From Nitrososphaeria archaeon (GTDB lineage Archaea; Thermoproteota; Nitrososphaeria; Geothermarchaeales; JDFR-13), in the NCBI GenBank assembly GCA_027078545.1, contig JALWXN010000004.1, forward strand, positions 1,078,611 through 1,142,610: 64,000 nt of DNA, written 5' to 3'. The notes beneath the pieces were generated by a model. The model worked only from the letters and a program-made list of their open reading frames with translations, was not told the origin of the DNA and ran no database searches. Shown here one piece after another: positions 1 through 10,707 of the stretch. A program made the position numbers and the translations under genes. Position 1 is the first letter of the stretch, and each line of letters opens with the position of its first letter.

Positions 1-1
1 C

Positions 2-679
2 GGGGCTGAGAGGATAGAGATCGACTACCCAACAACGGGGATAATGGGCGACGTATTCGAGCTGGGAAGCCTACTCCTATTCCACACACTAGTCAGGATG
101 AGGTATGAAGGCGTGGATAGCCATAGATCCATACTAGACACCTACATATCAAGGATAAGGGAGCTGATAGAGGAGCACGTGGAGTCGGAGGAGTATTCAA
201 GGGTCCTCGACATACTCGAGAGGAGGAGCAACGTCTTCATAGGGGGTAGGGGAAGCGCCTACGAAGTAGCTACCATGCTAGTCATCAGGCTGAACCACAT
301 CAAATACGCTATCGGCGACCATGTATACAGGGCCAGGGGCTCAAACACGCCTAGGCCGAGGAAGGGGGACCTAGGCATACTCATATCATGCAGCGGCGAG
401 ACACCAGCAGTGATAAAATGGGCGGAGGACTTCACAAGGATAGGGATAGACATATTCTCCATAATAGGTAGGAGAGGCTCCACACTGGAGAGATATACAA
501 AGTACTGCATAGTCCTAACCGAGTGTGAGGGCTACAGGATGGGGATCCCCAGGGACTTCTACCTATACGCATCCTTCCTACTAAGCCCACTACCCATAAA
601 GCTGATAACCAGGCTAAAGGAGAGGGGGCTAGTCCTCCCCGAGTCGATACTGAAGTACTACCACAGCATCATGGAGTAG
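2..679 (+). CDS. SIS-domain sugar isomerase-like protein (HxlB/PHI-like), 5'-truncated by window edge
   Basis: Frame is open from the window start (GAERIEIDYPTTGIMGDVFE...); SIS motifs IGGRGSA and LISCSGET. Confidence 0.65.
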   Translation, partial: GAERIEIDYPTTGIMGDVFELGSLLLFHTLVRMRYEGVDSHRSILDTYISRIRELIEEHVESEEYSRVLDILERRSNVFIGGRGSAYEVATMLVIRLNHIKYAIGDHVYRARGSNTPRPRKGDLGILISCSGETPAVIKWAEDFTRIGIDIFSIIGRRGSTLERYTKYCIVLTECEGYRMGIPRDFYLYASFLLSPLPIKLITRLKERGLVLPESILKYYHSIME

Positions 680-683
680 CTGG

Positions 684-1220
684 CTAGACCTTCACGACGT
701 TATGCATATGCTTGATCAGGGCCTCAGTCCTCCTCCTATGCATAGGGTCATACGCAACGAAGATCGGCGCCTCCTCCCCGCCGAGGAACGTATTCCCGAT
801 GAAGGTCTTGGCCTTCCTCAGATACCTGAGGAAGTTATCCAGCTCGCTCCCGAGGAGGTATATATAGAGGTCATTAACCACGAGTATATCCCTATCAGAG
901 CTCATAAAGTCGTTGAAGAACTCCTCCGCAACCCTGACATTCTTCTCGAAGACTCTATTCATCGCGGAGGGATCAGACGAGATGTTCGGGACCTGGATCT
1001 CCCTCGAATACCTATAGATAGCGTTCTTAAATCCATAGATGAACTTAGAGAGCCTCATCCCAACCCCCTTGGACTGTGGGGCCAGGTCGATGATGTATAT
1101 CCTGTCGTCCAGCCCCCTCCGGATAAGCTCCCTCACAATCTCGGAGGTATACTTAGTCCTCCCACGCCCCGAGTCCGACAGGATGATCGTGTATCGATCG
1201 AGGAGCAGATCCACATTCAT
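684..1220 (-). CDS. Small P-loop NTPase-fold protein with degenerate Walker A
   Basis: IILSDSGRGRT (Walker A-like), IIDLAP, LVVND (Walker B-like); start taken at MNVDLL. Confidence 0.55.
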   Translation of the reverse strand: MNVDLLLDRYTIILSDSGRGRTKYTSEIVRELIRRGLDDRIYIIDLAPQSKGVGMRLSKFIYGFKNAIYRYSREIQVPNISSDPSAMNRVFEKNVRVAEEFFNDFMSSDRDILVVNDLYIYLLGSELDNFLRYLRKAKTFIGNTFLGGEEAPIFVAYDPMHRRRTEALIKHMHNVVKV

Positions 1221-1344
1221 CTCTATAACATATGAAAATATGTTTCTACGAAAATAAGGTTGGGCCCCCAAAGCGGCCTAGAGATAGGCCCCAAGATATA
1301 GTTGCCATGCCTATCCATTGATTATCCAGGCGGTGTAGGAGGGG

Positions 1345-1971
1345 ATGCTGAGCCAGCTGGTGGACTATATTGTTGATAGGATTGTGGAGCTGGACTGGAT
1401 GGCGGTGGCACTGGGAGTCCTTATAGAGACGATAATAGTCCCGATACCAAGCCCATTAATACCCATGGCCGCAGGCTTCGCCCTACTAAGCAGGGCCGAG
1501 GGCATAGGCTTCATAGCAACACTATTCATAAAGATCGGGCTGGTAGGGGCGGCCACAGCCACCCTGGCAAACCTACCCTTCTACTACATCGGGCTGAAGG
1601 GTGGGGAGCCCGTCATGAGGAGGATGTCCCGCTGGATAGGTGTGGACGAGGAGGAGATCGAGAAGGCCGTGAAGCTTATCGGTGGTGGGAGGCCTACACA
1701 CCTCATCATCTATAGGGCCCTACCCATAATGCCCCTCTCCCTAGTCTCACTAGCCACCGGTGCGCTACGGAGGAGTACGAGGGAGTTCACCCTATACACC
1801 TTCACCGGCTGCCTACCGAGATACGTATTCCTAGGATACCTGGGATGGGTGATGCAGGACCTCTACATGGAGATGGCAGACCTACTCGACAGCCTAGAGA
1901 CAGCCACGATAGTCTTAATAATCCTAGCCGCCGGAACATATATTCTCGTGAAGAGGCTCCTGAGGAGGTGA
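1345..1971 (+). CDS. DedA/VTT family membrane protein
   Basis: ETIIVPIPSPLI, AG, YYIG, RALP motifs; hydrophobic; GGAGGGG RBS upstream. Confidence 0.85.
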   Translation: MLSQLVDYIVDRIVELDWMAVALGVLIETIIVPIPSPLIPMAAGFALLSRAEGIGFIATLFIKIGLVGAATATLANLPFYYIGLKGGEPVMRRMSRWIGVDEEEIEKAVKLIGGGRPTHLIIYRALPIMPLSLVSLATGALRRSTREFTLYTFTGCLPRYVFLGYLGWVMQDLYMEMADLLDSLETATIVLIILAAGTYILVKRLLRR

Positions 1972-1977
1972 AGACGT

Positions 1978-2193
1978 ATGGAGAAGCCCAGCCCAATAGT
2001 CTATAAACCCGGAACAGGCGGATTGAAGACCAGGAAGGGGAGGGGATTCTCCCTAGGCGAGCTTAGAGAGGCCGGTATAGACCTAAACACGGCCAAGAAG
2101 CTGGGGATATACGTTGATATGAGGAGGAAGAGCATCCATAAAGAGAATGTGGAGGCTCTGAAGAAGTACCTCGAGGAGCTCAAGAGACAATAG
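1978..2193 (+). CDS. rpl13e: 50S ribosomal protein L13e
   Basis: [15 protein letters not shown]...[11 protein letters not shown]...ENV signature. Confidence 0.92.
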   Translation: MEKPSPIVYKPGTGGLKTRKGRGFSLGELREAGIDLNTAKKLGIYVDMRRKSIHKENVEALKKYLEELKRQ

Positions 2194-3331
2194 CCTTGGC
2201 GAGCTTAAATGCTACTCCGGGAGCCTTCAACAACCTCCTCACAACACCCATCACATCCTCCCCATTAGCAATCTTCACAATGTCGTCCGGCTCCAAGACA
2301 TCCGCCAGCTTATTCAGCTCCTCGTCAGACAGCTTCTCCAGGAAGCGCATAGCCTTCAAGCTATAACGTATCTTCTTACCCCACGGATCCTCATACCTCT
2401 CCACCCAGCGGGCTAGGGACGCCTCACTAGTATCCCCCTCGAGGACAGCGTCGGCAGCAGTCTCACCAGCCACGAGGCCCGCCACACCCGATGGATGCAT
2501 ACCAGCACCCGTCAGGGGCATGACGGTACCAGCTGCGTCGCCTACAAGTATAAAGCCGTCGCCATAGGGCTTACTGATCATCCCACCTATCGGGACCGGC
2601 GCACCCCTATAGTCGATCACCTGGGCACCCCCGAGCCAGTCACTATGCTCCTTCACAAACTTATCTAGGTAATACTTCGCACTCCCACCCCTGACGCCCA
2701 CACCTACCTCGGCCACCTTATCACTCTTGGGGAAGATCCATGCATAGCCCCTTGGAGCCACCTCGCTCCCAAGGTAGAAATACGCTATGTCGGGCTCATC
2801 CAGCCTAACATTAGCCATGAGGTAGATAAGCGTCGGTATAGGCTCACTCTTCTCCCTGACACCCAGCGACTTAGCCACTACGCTGTGGTAGCCATCAGCA
2901 CCTATAACCACCTTCGCCGTATAGACACCATACTTAGTCTTAACCTTCATCACACCATCCACACGGGAGACCGCCTCGACAGGCTCCCTCACCCGTATAT
3001 GGGCCCCATTCTCGGCAGCCTTCAGGGCGAGCTCCTGCAGATACATCGTCTTGTTGATCGAGTACGTCTCGGCGAAGCCTATATCGATATACTTCCCGTT
3101 CGGGGCATATACCCTGGGGATAACCTTATGCAGGACTATATAGGGCTTCGGATCAATACCCAGGTCCTTGAAAGTACCTATACTCGTAGCCTCTCCACAG
3201 GGCTTCTTAGCCATGATAGTCTCGTTCTTCTCTATAAGGAGGGTCTTAACACCCTTCTCAGCAGCCTTCATAGCAGCAGGGATACCAGCTGGCCCAGCAC
3301 CGACAACGATGACGTCATAATCGGTGGACAT
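2180..3331 (-). CDS. Geranylgeranyl reductase-family FAD oxidoreductase
   Basis: [28 protein letters not shown] motifs. Confidence 0.85.
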   Translation of the reverse strand: MSTDYDVIVVGAGPAGIPAAMKAAEKGVKTLLIEKNETIMAKKPCGEATSIGTFKDLGIDPKPYIVLHKVIPRVYAPNGKYIDIGFAETYSINKTMYLQELALKAAENGAHIRVREPVEAVSRVDGVMKVKTKYGVYTAKVVIGADGYHSVVAKSLGVREKSEPIPTLIYLMANVRLDEPDIAYFYLGSEVAPRGYAWIFPKSDKVAEVGVGVRGGSAKYYLDKFVKEHSDWLGGAQVIDYRGAPVPIGGMISKPYGDGFILVGDAAGTVMPLTGAGMHPSGVAGLVAGETAADAVLEGDTSEASLARWVERYEDPWGKKIRYSLKAMRFLEKLSDEELNKLADVLEPDDIVKIANGEDVMGVVRRLLKAPGVAFKLAKAIVS

Positions 3332-3409
3332 AGTATTGATTTTCCCACTACCCAGTATTTTAAGGGGGGAATATTCAGCCCAGCCCCTTACATATACATC
3401 CTAATACGT

Positions 3410-5782
3410 CTAGCCACCCACCGAGCCAGAGTTCTCAACAACCTGGAGCCTAGACACCTCACCCTCCCTATAAACCTCCACAACACTCTTAAAGACATCT
3501 GACACCCGGATCTCGAAGTCATGGGTTATGACTATCACCTGGCTAAGGAGTCCATTATTGATCAGCTCCTCGATCGTCTCCAAGACAGCATTCTTCTTCT
3601 CCCTATCCAGATGTGGGAATGCCTCGTCGAAGACCATGAAGTCGAGTGTGTAGGACTTCCCACCCAGCTGGGAGATCAGGCTCCCAAGCCCCAGTCTAAA
3701 GGCTAGGCCGAGGACAGTGACCTCACCCCCACTCAACGTGTTTATCTCCCTCTTCCTATTCCCCTCTAAGACCTCGATCTTCACACCATGCTCAGTAGTC
3801 CTTAGATTAATCCTGAATAGGCTCGACATTCCCTCTAGGAAGATGTTTATCATCCGCTCAAGGCTGGGCACGACAACGTTGTTGACGAAATAGTTGGGGA
3901 ATCCCCTCTCAGCAAATACCTTGTCCAACACCTCCAGGACCTCTATCTCCGAAGTTACTTCCTCGAACCTCCTCCTCTTCTCGACATACTCGCCATACTT
4001 TTTGCGCATCTCATCCACGTCTTTAAGCCTCTCACTAAGAACCCCCATCTCTCTCTGAAGCTCAGCCATCTTCTCCTCAAGACTTTTGATATTATTCTTA
4101 ATCTCTCTAATCCTCGACCTCCCCTCCTCGATCAGCTTTCCCAGCCCATCTAGCATATCATCCGTGAGGCCGAGTTCATCCATCTTTTTATCCAATGTCT
4201 CCTTGAGGCTCTCCAGCCTACCCATCTCTTTCCCAAGGTGTCCCAACACCTTCCTAGCCCTCTTAGCCCTAGAGAGCCTCTCCACCAACCCATTCCTAAA
4301 GCTCGTGAGATCCCTATGCAGAGTGGGGCTGATCATGATCCCCAGCCTATCAGCCTCCTTAACAAGCCTCTCCAAGAGTGTCTTTGAAAGCTCTCCAGGC
4401 CTCTCTATCAACCCATCAATATCTACCACACCTATTTCCGAGAGGATGTCTCCATACCCATCCTTGATCGACTTTATACTATTGCCATACTCCCCCTCCT
4501 TATTGCTGATCGTCTTTTCCAGATTCCTCGCGGTCTTCAGCCTCTTATTCAGGGCCTCATATGTATCTTTAAGCCTTGGGATCCTCTCGTCGAGCTCCTT
4601 TATCTGCTCCATATAGCTATTTATCAAGCTCTCCCTATGCTCCTCAGTTAGCTCCGACCCGCATACTGGACACTTATCACCAGCCTTCCTAAGCTCCTCC
4701 ACCCCCTTCTCCAACTGCCTCTTGATAGCCTTCATGGCCGAGATATTCTCTAGGACTTGGGACAGCTCTTCGCTAAGCTCATCTATAGACCTTCCATTAG
4801 TCACTCTTTCCAGTCTCTCCCTAAGCCTCGTCAGCTCATCACGGATCGACTTGGCCCTCTCAATACTCGATACCAGTGAGATATAGTCATCAACCTTCTC
4901 CACCAGCATCTCTATATCCTCAATCAGGGTATCTAACTCGTCCAGCACAATGTCTCTATACTCCTCTGGGAGCTCCCTCCTCCTCCCCTCTATCTGGGTC
5001 TCTAAACTCTTCACATTTCTGTAGAGAGCCTCAACATCGCTCATCTTCCTAATCCTATCTTCTAGGTCACTATTCTCCTCTCTAAGCTCCTCGAGCTGCT
5101 TCTCCACATTCTCCAACTCCTTTTCCTTAGACCTCAGCTCAGCCTTGATGGTCTCCTCATACTCCTTTATGGCTTCAAGGGTTACCTCCTCTATCCCATT
5201 GGCGCGGAACCATCCCTTCAACTCATCTATCTTTCTCTGTAGCTCCTCCCTCTCCTCTCCTAGACTCTTGAGATCCTCTGTAACCCTATCCCTCACCCTG
5301 TTGAAGAAGTTTATGTCCAGGATCTCTATGAGGAGGCCCCTCAACTCTCTCTCCTTCATGTATAGGGGATCCTCGGTCCTACCCTGCCTAACAATATAGG
5401 TCTTTAGGAGCGAATCATAGATATGCCCGGTCAGCTCTTCGAAGCTGGGGGCCTTCCTCGTTGAGCTACCTATAGCCATATTCCCCCTACCATTGTCGAA
5501 GATGTATACCGACCCATCGTCCGAGACCAGCTCTACTACTGCCTTCGCCTCATACTCTCCACCTAGGTGGTATCTACTCGCCAGCCTCTTTACACCCGAC
5601 TCCCTTCCATACGCCTTTCTCATAGCCCCATAGGTGAGGGCGTCTACGAAGAACGTAGTCTTACCCGCCCCGTTATGCCCAAGAACTAGTATCGGCTGGC
5701 CTAGGCCATCGATATCCAGCTCCTCTAAGGTATATAGTCCGAAGTTCTCGACCCGTATCCTACCAAGCCTGAGCTTAGACAC
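3410..5782 (-). CDS. rad50: DNA double-strand break repair ATPase Rad50
   Basis: GHNGAGKTT, Q-loop VRQG, coiled coils with CPVC zinc hook, LSGGE, VFDE...HLD, ITHD. Confidence 0.93.
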   Translation of the reverse strand: MSKLRLGRIRVENFGLYTLEELDIDGLGQPILVLGHNGAGKTTFFVDALTYGAMRKAYGRESGVKRLASRYHLGGEYEAKAVVELVSDDGSVYIFDNGRGNMAIGSSTRKAPSFEELTGHIYDSLLKTYIVRQGRTEDPLYMKERELRGLLIEILDINFFNRVRDRVTEDLKSLGEEREELQRKIDELKGWFRANGIEEVTLEAIKEYEETIKAELRSKEKELENVEKQLEELREENSDLEDRIRKMSDVEALYRNVKSLETQIEGRRRELPEEYRDIVLDELDTLIEDIEMLVEKVDDYISLVSSIERAKSIRDELTRLRERLERVTNGRSIDELSEELSQVLENISAMKAIKRQLEKGVEELRKAGDKCPVCGSELTEEHRESLINSYMEQIKELDERIPRLKDTYEALNKRLKTARNLEKTISNKEGEYGNSIKSIKDGYGDILSEIGVVDIDGLIERPGELSKTLLERLVKEADRLGIMISPTLHRDLTSFRNGLVERLSRAKRARKVLGHLGKEMGRLESLKETLDKKMDELGLTDDMLDGLGKLIEEGRSRIREIKNNIKSLEEKMAELQREMGVLSERLKDVDEMRKKYGEYVEKRRRFEEVTSEIEVLEVLDKVFAERGFPNYFVNNVVVPSLERMINIFLEGMSSLFRINLRTTEHGVKIEVLEGNRKREINTLSGGEVTVLGLAFRLGLGSLISQLGGKSYTLDFMVFDEAFPHLDREKKNAVLETIEELINNGLLSQVIVITHDFEIRVSDVFKSVVEVYREGEVSRLQVVENSGSVGG

Positions 5783-7041
5783 TACCTCCTCCCCTCCTCC
5801 AAATATTTAAGGGCGGCCTCGACCACCCTCCTCCTAAAACCTTCATCCCTATTCCCTAGGAGACCCTCAATATATCTCTTGAGTGCCTCCTCTATACTCT
5901 CGATGGTGGTTTCTCCACTCCTCTCCACTGCCTTGCTACCCATGAATCTCGACCTTATCTTCAGTGCCCAGCCGCCACCCTCTGTCAGGAGGTCCCTAAG
6001 CTCCTTCCTGACCTCGTCTATCCACTCTAGGAGGTCGGGTTTCCAGTAGGATAGGTGTAGACTCACCATTGCTCCCTCCAGCTTATCGATCCCTTTCACC
6101 ACATTATCCACAACCTCTTGTGGGCTGGAGTACTCGTCGAGCTCCATCCTGAAGATGTACATATTCATGGTATCTACTGGTACCTTCTCAACCCTTGGGC
6201 TACCCCCGGTGAGCTCCACGTCTAGGAAGACCTTCTCGTCACCAGCCTCGGAGAATCTTAGCTTGTTCAGACTCCCCGAGTAGTATGCGGGGTACTCACC
6301 AATCCTCTGGGTTACATGGATATGCCCCAGAGCTGCATAGTCAAATTCTCCAAGCCTCAGATCCCTGGTGTATATCTCCGGGATGATCTTGACACCCGGA
6401 TCCATAGCCTCAACCTCCACCTTCCCAAACAGTCTCGTGAATCTCACCCTGTCCACCTGTACATGTCCAAGGAGGATCTTGTACCTCCCCTTGGCACTCC
6501 TGAGCTGGCGCTCCAGGTATTGATAGGTGTCCTTCCTCCAATCCGTGTCTTGATCCTTGTAGGGTACTACGTAGGGGAGGGGTATTATCGAGGCGTCCCC
6601 GTGCTCAATACCGACGAAGTCCTCGCTGTAGAACCTCTCGGGATCCGGATACACGTCGAAGTAGCGTATGTGGTCGGATATCCTCCTGGTGAAGATGGCT
6701 AGGCTTGACCTGGAGACCTCCCTAGTAGCCACGTCATGGTTCCCTGCCACGATATACACATTTATCCTGTTATCGACAGCCCTCTCCAAGAACTCCGCTA
6801 GGCGGCGTTGGTAGATAAGGCTAGTCCTAACATCATCGAAGACATCCCCAGCTATGAGTATAACGTCTATACCCCTCTCCACAGCATAGTCCAACGCCCT
6901 ATCCATGTTTGAGAGTGTCACATCATTTATCCTCCTCATCAAGCCCTCCACGCCACCCTGGATATTAGGGAGTATCTCTACCCCCCTATGGGTGAAGCCC
7001 AGGTGTAGATCCGCCATATGTAGGAACCTCATACCCACCAC
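5782..7041 (-). CDS. mre11: Mre11/SbcD nuclease
   Basis: ADLHLG, AGDVFD, GNHD, LGHIH, YSGSL; 1-nt overlap with rad50. Confidence 0.93.
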   Translation of the reverse strand: MVGMRFLHMADLHLGFTHRGVEILPNIQGGVEGLMRRINDVTLSNMDRALDYAVERGIDVILIAGDVFDDVRTSLIYQRRLAEFLERAVDNRINVYIVAGNHDVATREVSRSSLAIFTRRISDHIRYFDVYPDPERFYSEDFVGIEHGDASIIPLPYVVPYKDQDTDWRKDTYQYLERQLRSAKGRYKILLGHVQVDRVRFTRLFGKVEVEAMDPGVKIIPEIYTRDLRLGEFDYAALGHIHVTQRIGEYPAYYSGSLNKLRFSEAGDEKVFLDVELTGGSPRVEKVPVDTMNMYIFRMELDEYSSPQEVVDNVVKGIDKLEGAMVSLHLSYWKPDLLEWIDEVRKELRDLLTEGGGWALKIRSRFMGSKAVERSGETTIESIEEALKRYIEGLLGNRDEGFRRRVVEAALKYLEEGRR

Positions 7042-8916
7042 CTAAACATCGTCGACCACGAACCTCCTCTCAGACCCCTTCTTCCGCTTGATTACCCACT
7101 CCATCGCGTCATAGACCTTCATATCCCTGTCACTCCCGGGAGGCCTCACAGTGTCTCCACATATGTTTATCGTCTTGAGGACCATTGGGAAGACCGATCT
7201 GATGTTGTGGTAGACCACCCTACCCCTCCCAAGCTTAGCTATCAACTCCCTAAACATCCTCTTATTCTCAAGCCCGGAGATTACGGCGTTAATATCCGAG
7301 TCGTCGGTAAGCTGGAATATGAACATCGCCCAGAGCATGGATATTACGTCACTATCCAGGTCGCCCGGCTTCTGGTCGATAGGTACAACGACGACACCAT
7401 ACTTCCTATACTCCCTGGCCAGGCGCCCGAAGACCGTGCTCTTATCCTTCTCTAGGAATCGGTGGGCCTCCTCAAGATAGATGACCAGCTTATGATACAT
7501 CCCACTAGGCTTTTTAGGAGCCGCCATCAGCTCATCGATCCGATCCATGATCTTCTTGGCGAGGATATTGGCTATACTCATGTATACAACCACATTCCTA
7601 CTATACCTGCCGCCCAAGTCTATCGTGACATGCTCACCCCTATCAACCAGCAGCCCCACAATGTCATCATATAGCTCAGCGTCATCCCATCTAAAGGATA
7701 TTGGTAGACCCCTGAGGTTGTAGATCCTCCTCTTCAGAGCGCCTATCGACTGCCTAAGCCCCGACATATCCCTACCACTCAGTTTACCCTCTAGTTCCTC
7801 CATCAGCTCCACCATGTCTTTTGCCAACTCGCCGGGGGAGGCGCTACGCGGGAGGTCAATAAGATTCTGACGTAGCAGGAGGCGTGCAAGGCTATCTGCA
7901 CTACTCCTGCTGAAGTATAGGAGGGTGAGTGCCCAGTGCTCAGGCTTTATGAGGAGGTCGGGCAGCCCCTCCGACTGTCTAATTTTATTAATATCTTTTA
8001 TTGCCTCCAGTACCTTGGCCCTGTATACCTCGAGGTTATGGATACTCACCTCGGTGGGTGAGAGGGGCTCGAGGATCGTGGCCAAGGTGTCCACGGAGAC
8101 GTCGTATAGGGGGATACGTAGTATACCGTCGCCACCAACCTTATTATACTCGTCCTTGTCTACGCAGTAGATATAGACATACTTCTTACCGTTGACCATC
8201 TTCATCCTGGCTGAGGCTCCCTGGCAAACCTGCTGGTGCCTATCGTCTAGGAGGTAGTATGAATACTCACCCTGTACATCGAAGACCAGTAGTGTAAGCT
8301 TCTCCTCGTGATGTAGATATCCGTGGACATATGCGTTGAGTATCAGTAGGTTCGCGAGATACGTCTTCCCAGTCCCCGCCTTGCCGAAGATGCCGAAGCT
8401 CAGCTGGTGGAGGTCATAGATGTCATCAGCAACGATGACCTCCTCACCCGTGACGAGGTCCAGCATCCCGATGGGGAAATACCTATCGAAGTCAGCCTCA
8501 GGTATGAACCTCCTCGCCAAGGGGCCCTGCTCCATAGGGACTATCGAGCCGTGCTGCGGGATGCTTGAGACCTTGGAGGCCTCCCCCAGAGCAACGTCAT
8601 ACTCGGCTAGGGGGATGACGGAAATACTTGGGGAAGCCACCTCCTCCCTAATATACTCCATATAGGGCTCCTGTAGGGCGGTGCCCTCGAGGATCCTATA
8701 GATCTTCATATGGCTCTCCGGGACACCATATCCAATGTCGAGGACCACGCCTAGGTATAGCTTCTCCCCACCCTCCACAACTATCACCCTATCCTTCTCA
8801 ACCTGCTCCAGCCTAGCCTCTGGCGAGAGGTCAATAACTATACCCTCCGAGATCGAGGCCCCCCTAACCCATCCAAACACCTTCCTAGACACCCATACCC
8901 ACCTCCATGAAGACAC
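7042..8916 (-). CDS. herA: HerA DNA translocase/helicase
   Basis: N-terminal HAS barrel, GKAGTGKT, FDVQGEY, LEEAHRF, REYRKYG, IDQKP. Confidence 0.9.
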   Translation of the reverse strand: MSSWRWVWVSRKVFGWVRGASISEGIVIDLSPEARLEQVEKDRVIVVEGGEKLYLGVVLDIGYGVPESHMKIYRILEGTALQEPYMEYIREEVASPSISVIPLAEYDVALGEASKVSSIPQHGSIVPMEQGPLARRFIPEADFDRYFPIGMLDLVTGEEVIVADDIYDLHQLSFGIFGKAGTGKTYLANLLILNAYVHGYLHHEEKLTLLVFDVQGEYSYYLLDDRHQQVCQGASARMKMVNGKKYVYIYCVDKDEYNKVGGDGILRIPLYDVSVDTLATILEPLSPTEVSIHNLEVYRAKVLEAIKDINKIRQSEGLPDLLIKPEHWALTLLYFSRSSADSLARLLLRQNLIDLPRSASPGELAKDMVELMEELEGKLSGRDMSGLRQSIGALKRRIYNLRGLPISFRWDDAELYDDIVGLLVDRGEHVTIDLGGRYSRNVVVYMSIANILAKKIMDRIDELMAAPKKPSGMYHKLVIYLEEAHRFLEKDKSTVFGRLAREYRKYGVVVVPIDQKPGDLDSDVISMLWAMFIFQLTDDSDINAVISGLENKRMFRELIAKLGRGRVVYHNIRSVFPMVLKTINICGDTVRPPGSDRDMKVYDAMEWVIKRKKGSERRFVVDDV

Positions 8917-9505
8917 GTGTGATAGTCTCGATCACCTTGATATCGTTCCCACTATTCCTGAGGAACTCCTTGTAGAGCTCCGGCAGGGTGAGCCTCCTAC
9001 CCAATACCCTGGATAGGTAGGCCGCCAGGTTCCTAACGAGGATCATATCCCTCAGGTCGAGATACCTGAGGAAGCTTAGGTCGGGCTCCTCACCGAGCAG
9101 CGAGGCGACCTGGTCATCGGGGAGGAGATAGACAGGGTTGTGGGGCTTCACGAAGAGCCTGAAGCTCCTCTGGATATTTCCTGCGCTGTCCACCTCGTAT
9201 ATGGGATGGGTGGTGAAGAGGAACTCGTATAGCCTAGTAGTATCCACATTCATGATGGAGGATCTATTCAGCCTAGGCTGGAACTTACCCGCATACTTCG
9301 GGTCTATCGCCTTGGACCCGGCCACCACTACTACTCCTCCCTCCCCAGTATCTATGTATAGGAAGTTGCCAGGCCTCACCCTGTCCAGCCTATCGGGGAG
9401 GAGGTAGACCACCACATCACTACCCTCCAGCCTATACACCTCACCAACCGCATCCTCAAGGCCTATCCTACCAAGGTCTATACCACCAGTCATAGTATCC
9501 TCCAC
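8885..9505 (-). CDS. Stand-alone HAS-barrel-like protein
   Basis: VGEVYRL...VRPGNFLYI...VVVV...PHNPVYL parallels the HerA N-terminal barrel; no P-loop; overlaps nurA and herA. Confidence 0.6.
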   Translation of the reverse strand: MEDTMTGGIDLGRIGLEDAVGEVYRLEGSDVVVYLLPDRLDRVRPGNFLYIDTGEGGVVVVAGSKAIDPKYAGKFQPRLNRSSIMNVDTTRLYEFLFTTHPIYEVDSAGNIQRSFRLFVKPHNPVYLLPDDQVASLLGEEPDLSFLRYLDLRDMILVRNLAAYLSRVLGRRLTLPELYKEFLRNSGNDIKVIETITRVFMEVGMGV

Positions 9506-10707
9506 CTCTTCCCAATACTCTTACCAGTCATGGAGTATTCGGGGGGCTGGCCCAGGAGGAGCTCCGATAGGATAGACTCGAGGTCAGACCTCTGCCTAGA
9601 ATATATCACGGCTGCATGGTGTGCCTCGGAGAGGAGGTATGGATAGCCACCTCCACGCCTAGCATCTAGATAGACCGAGTTAAACACCCTCTCAAGGCTA
9701 TGGGGATCCCAGTCGAAGTGGTCGGTATACTCAACCATGAATACGTTGGGCATGGGGAGATCCAGGGGCTCTACATGCATATATACAGTTGAGACCCTGT
9801 AGACCCCCTCAATGGGGTCTGACACCACCCGGAAACGGCTGCTCCTACTATTCCTGGGTAGGAGCCGACCCATTATCACCCTATCCCTGTACTCAGGCAC
9901 GTCGGGGCTTATCAGACCAGCCGTCTTTAGACACTTGATTATCGAGCTCCTACCACTATAGTATACACCCACCGGGAGGACCCTACCACCACCCATCTCC
10001 CCAACATCCCTGAATAGCTCGTCATACATCCCGACATACTCCTTCCTAACACTGGCCGAGTACGTCGATGCATAGCCGAGGTTAAAGTTCTCGTCGAACA
10101 TAACCACGGAGAGGTCTAGACCCTCACTCTCCATGATGTCTAGGAGGTACTTCACAAACCTCCTTACGAAGTGGTGCTCCACCTCCTTACTGATAAGCTC
10201 CCTAGGCTTATCATCAAGATCCCTAGGTATCACGAGGTAGGTCAGGTGGTAGGGCTCACCTGGAGACCTATATACATGGCCATCCTTGAAGATGGTGTAT
10301 TGATACCCGATGTTGATGATCATCACGGGGATGGCGAAGTGCCCCCCGGGGACGTGGTAGCTCGCGTCATAGGCTGCTAGAACCATATCACCAACGTTCT
10401 CCAGCGCCGACTCCTCACTGGGCATCGGGTAGTAGGTGAAGGGCTCGAGGGGTTCTACATATGTATACTTCCCCTTAATGCTACATCCATATTTACCCGG
10501 CTCGAGGTACTTGGATATCTCCTCGGCAACCTCATCACCCGGGGTTACATCAATATCCTTAGACAGCTTATCCCTGATCTCCTCGAGATAGAGGCTGATG
10601 ATGCCCGGGTCAAACTCTCCAGGAGCCCAGCCGATCTCTCCAAGCTCATAGACTATATATCCATCCTCCTCACGCCTACTCACGGGGCTCGACACGGCAA
10701 CCACCAT
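9490..10707 (-). CDS. nurA: NurA 5'-3' nuclease
   Basis: AYDAS, VMFD, C-terminal GYPYLLSEAHHAAVI; operon context. Confidence 0.85.
   Translation of the reverse strand: MVVAVSSPVSRREEDGYIVYELGEIGWAPGEFDPGIISLYLEEIRDKLSKDIDVTPGDEVAEEISKYLEPGKYGCSIKGKYTYVEPLEPFTYYPMPSEESALENVGDMVLAAYDASYHVPGGHFAIPVMIINIGYQYTIFKDGHVYRSPGEPYHLTYLVIPRDLDDKPRELISKEVEHHFVRRFVKYLLDIMESEGLDLSVVMFDENFNLGYASTYSASVRKEYVGMYDELFRDVGEMGGGRVLPVGVYYSGRSSIIKCLKTAGLISPDVPEYRDRVIMGRLLPRNSRSSRFRVVSDPIEGVYRVSTVYMHVEPLDLPMPNVFMVEYTDHFDWDPHSLERVFNSVYLDARRGGGYPYLLSEAHHAAVIYSRQRSDLESILSELLLGQPPEYSMTGKSIGKRWRIL

Noticed and set aside
702-1235. Long antisense or shadow ORFs (e.g. 702-1235, 2885-3502, 4086-4616, 29250-30050, 5' part of 40636-41415)
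   Set aside because: They overlap better-supported genes on the other strand and have no recognisable motifs; they are expected from the codon bias.
1978-2193. Truncated L13e pseudogene
   Set aside because: Archaeal L13e proteins are naturally short, about 70-80 aa, and the motifs are intact.
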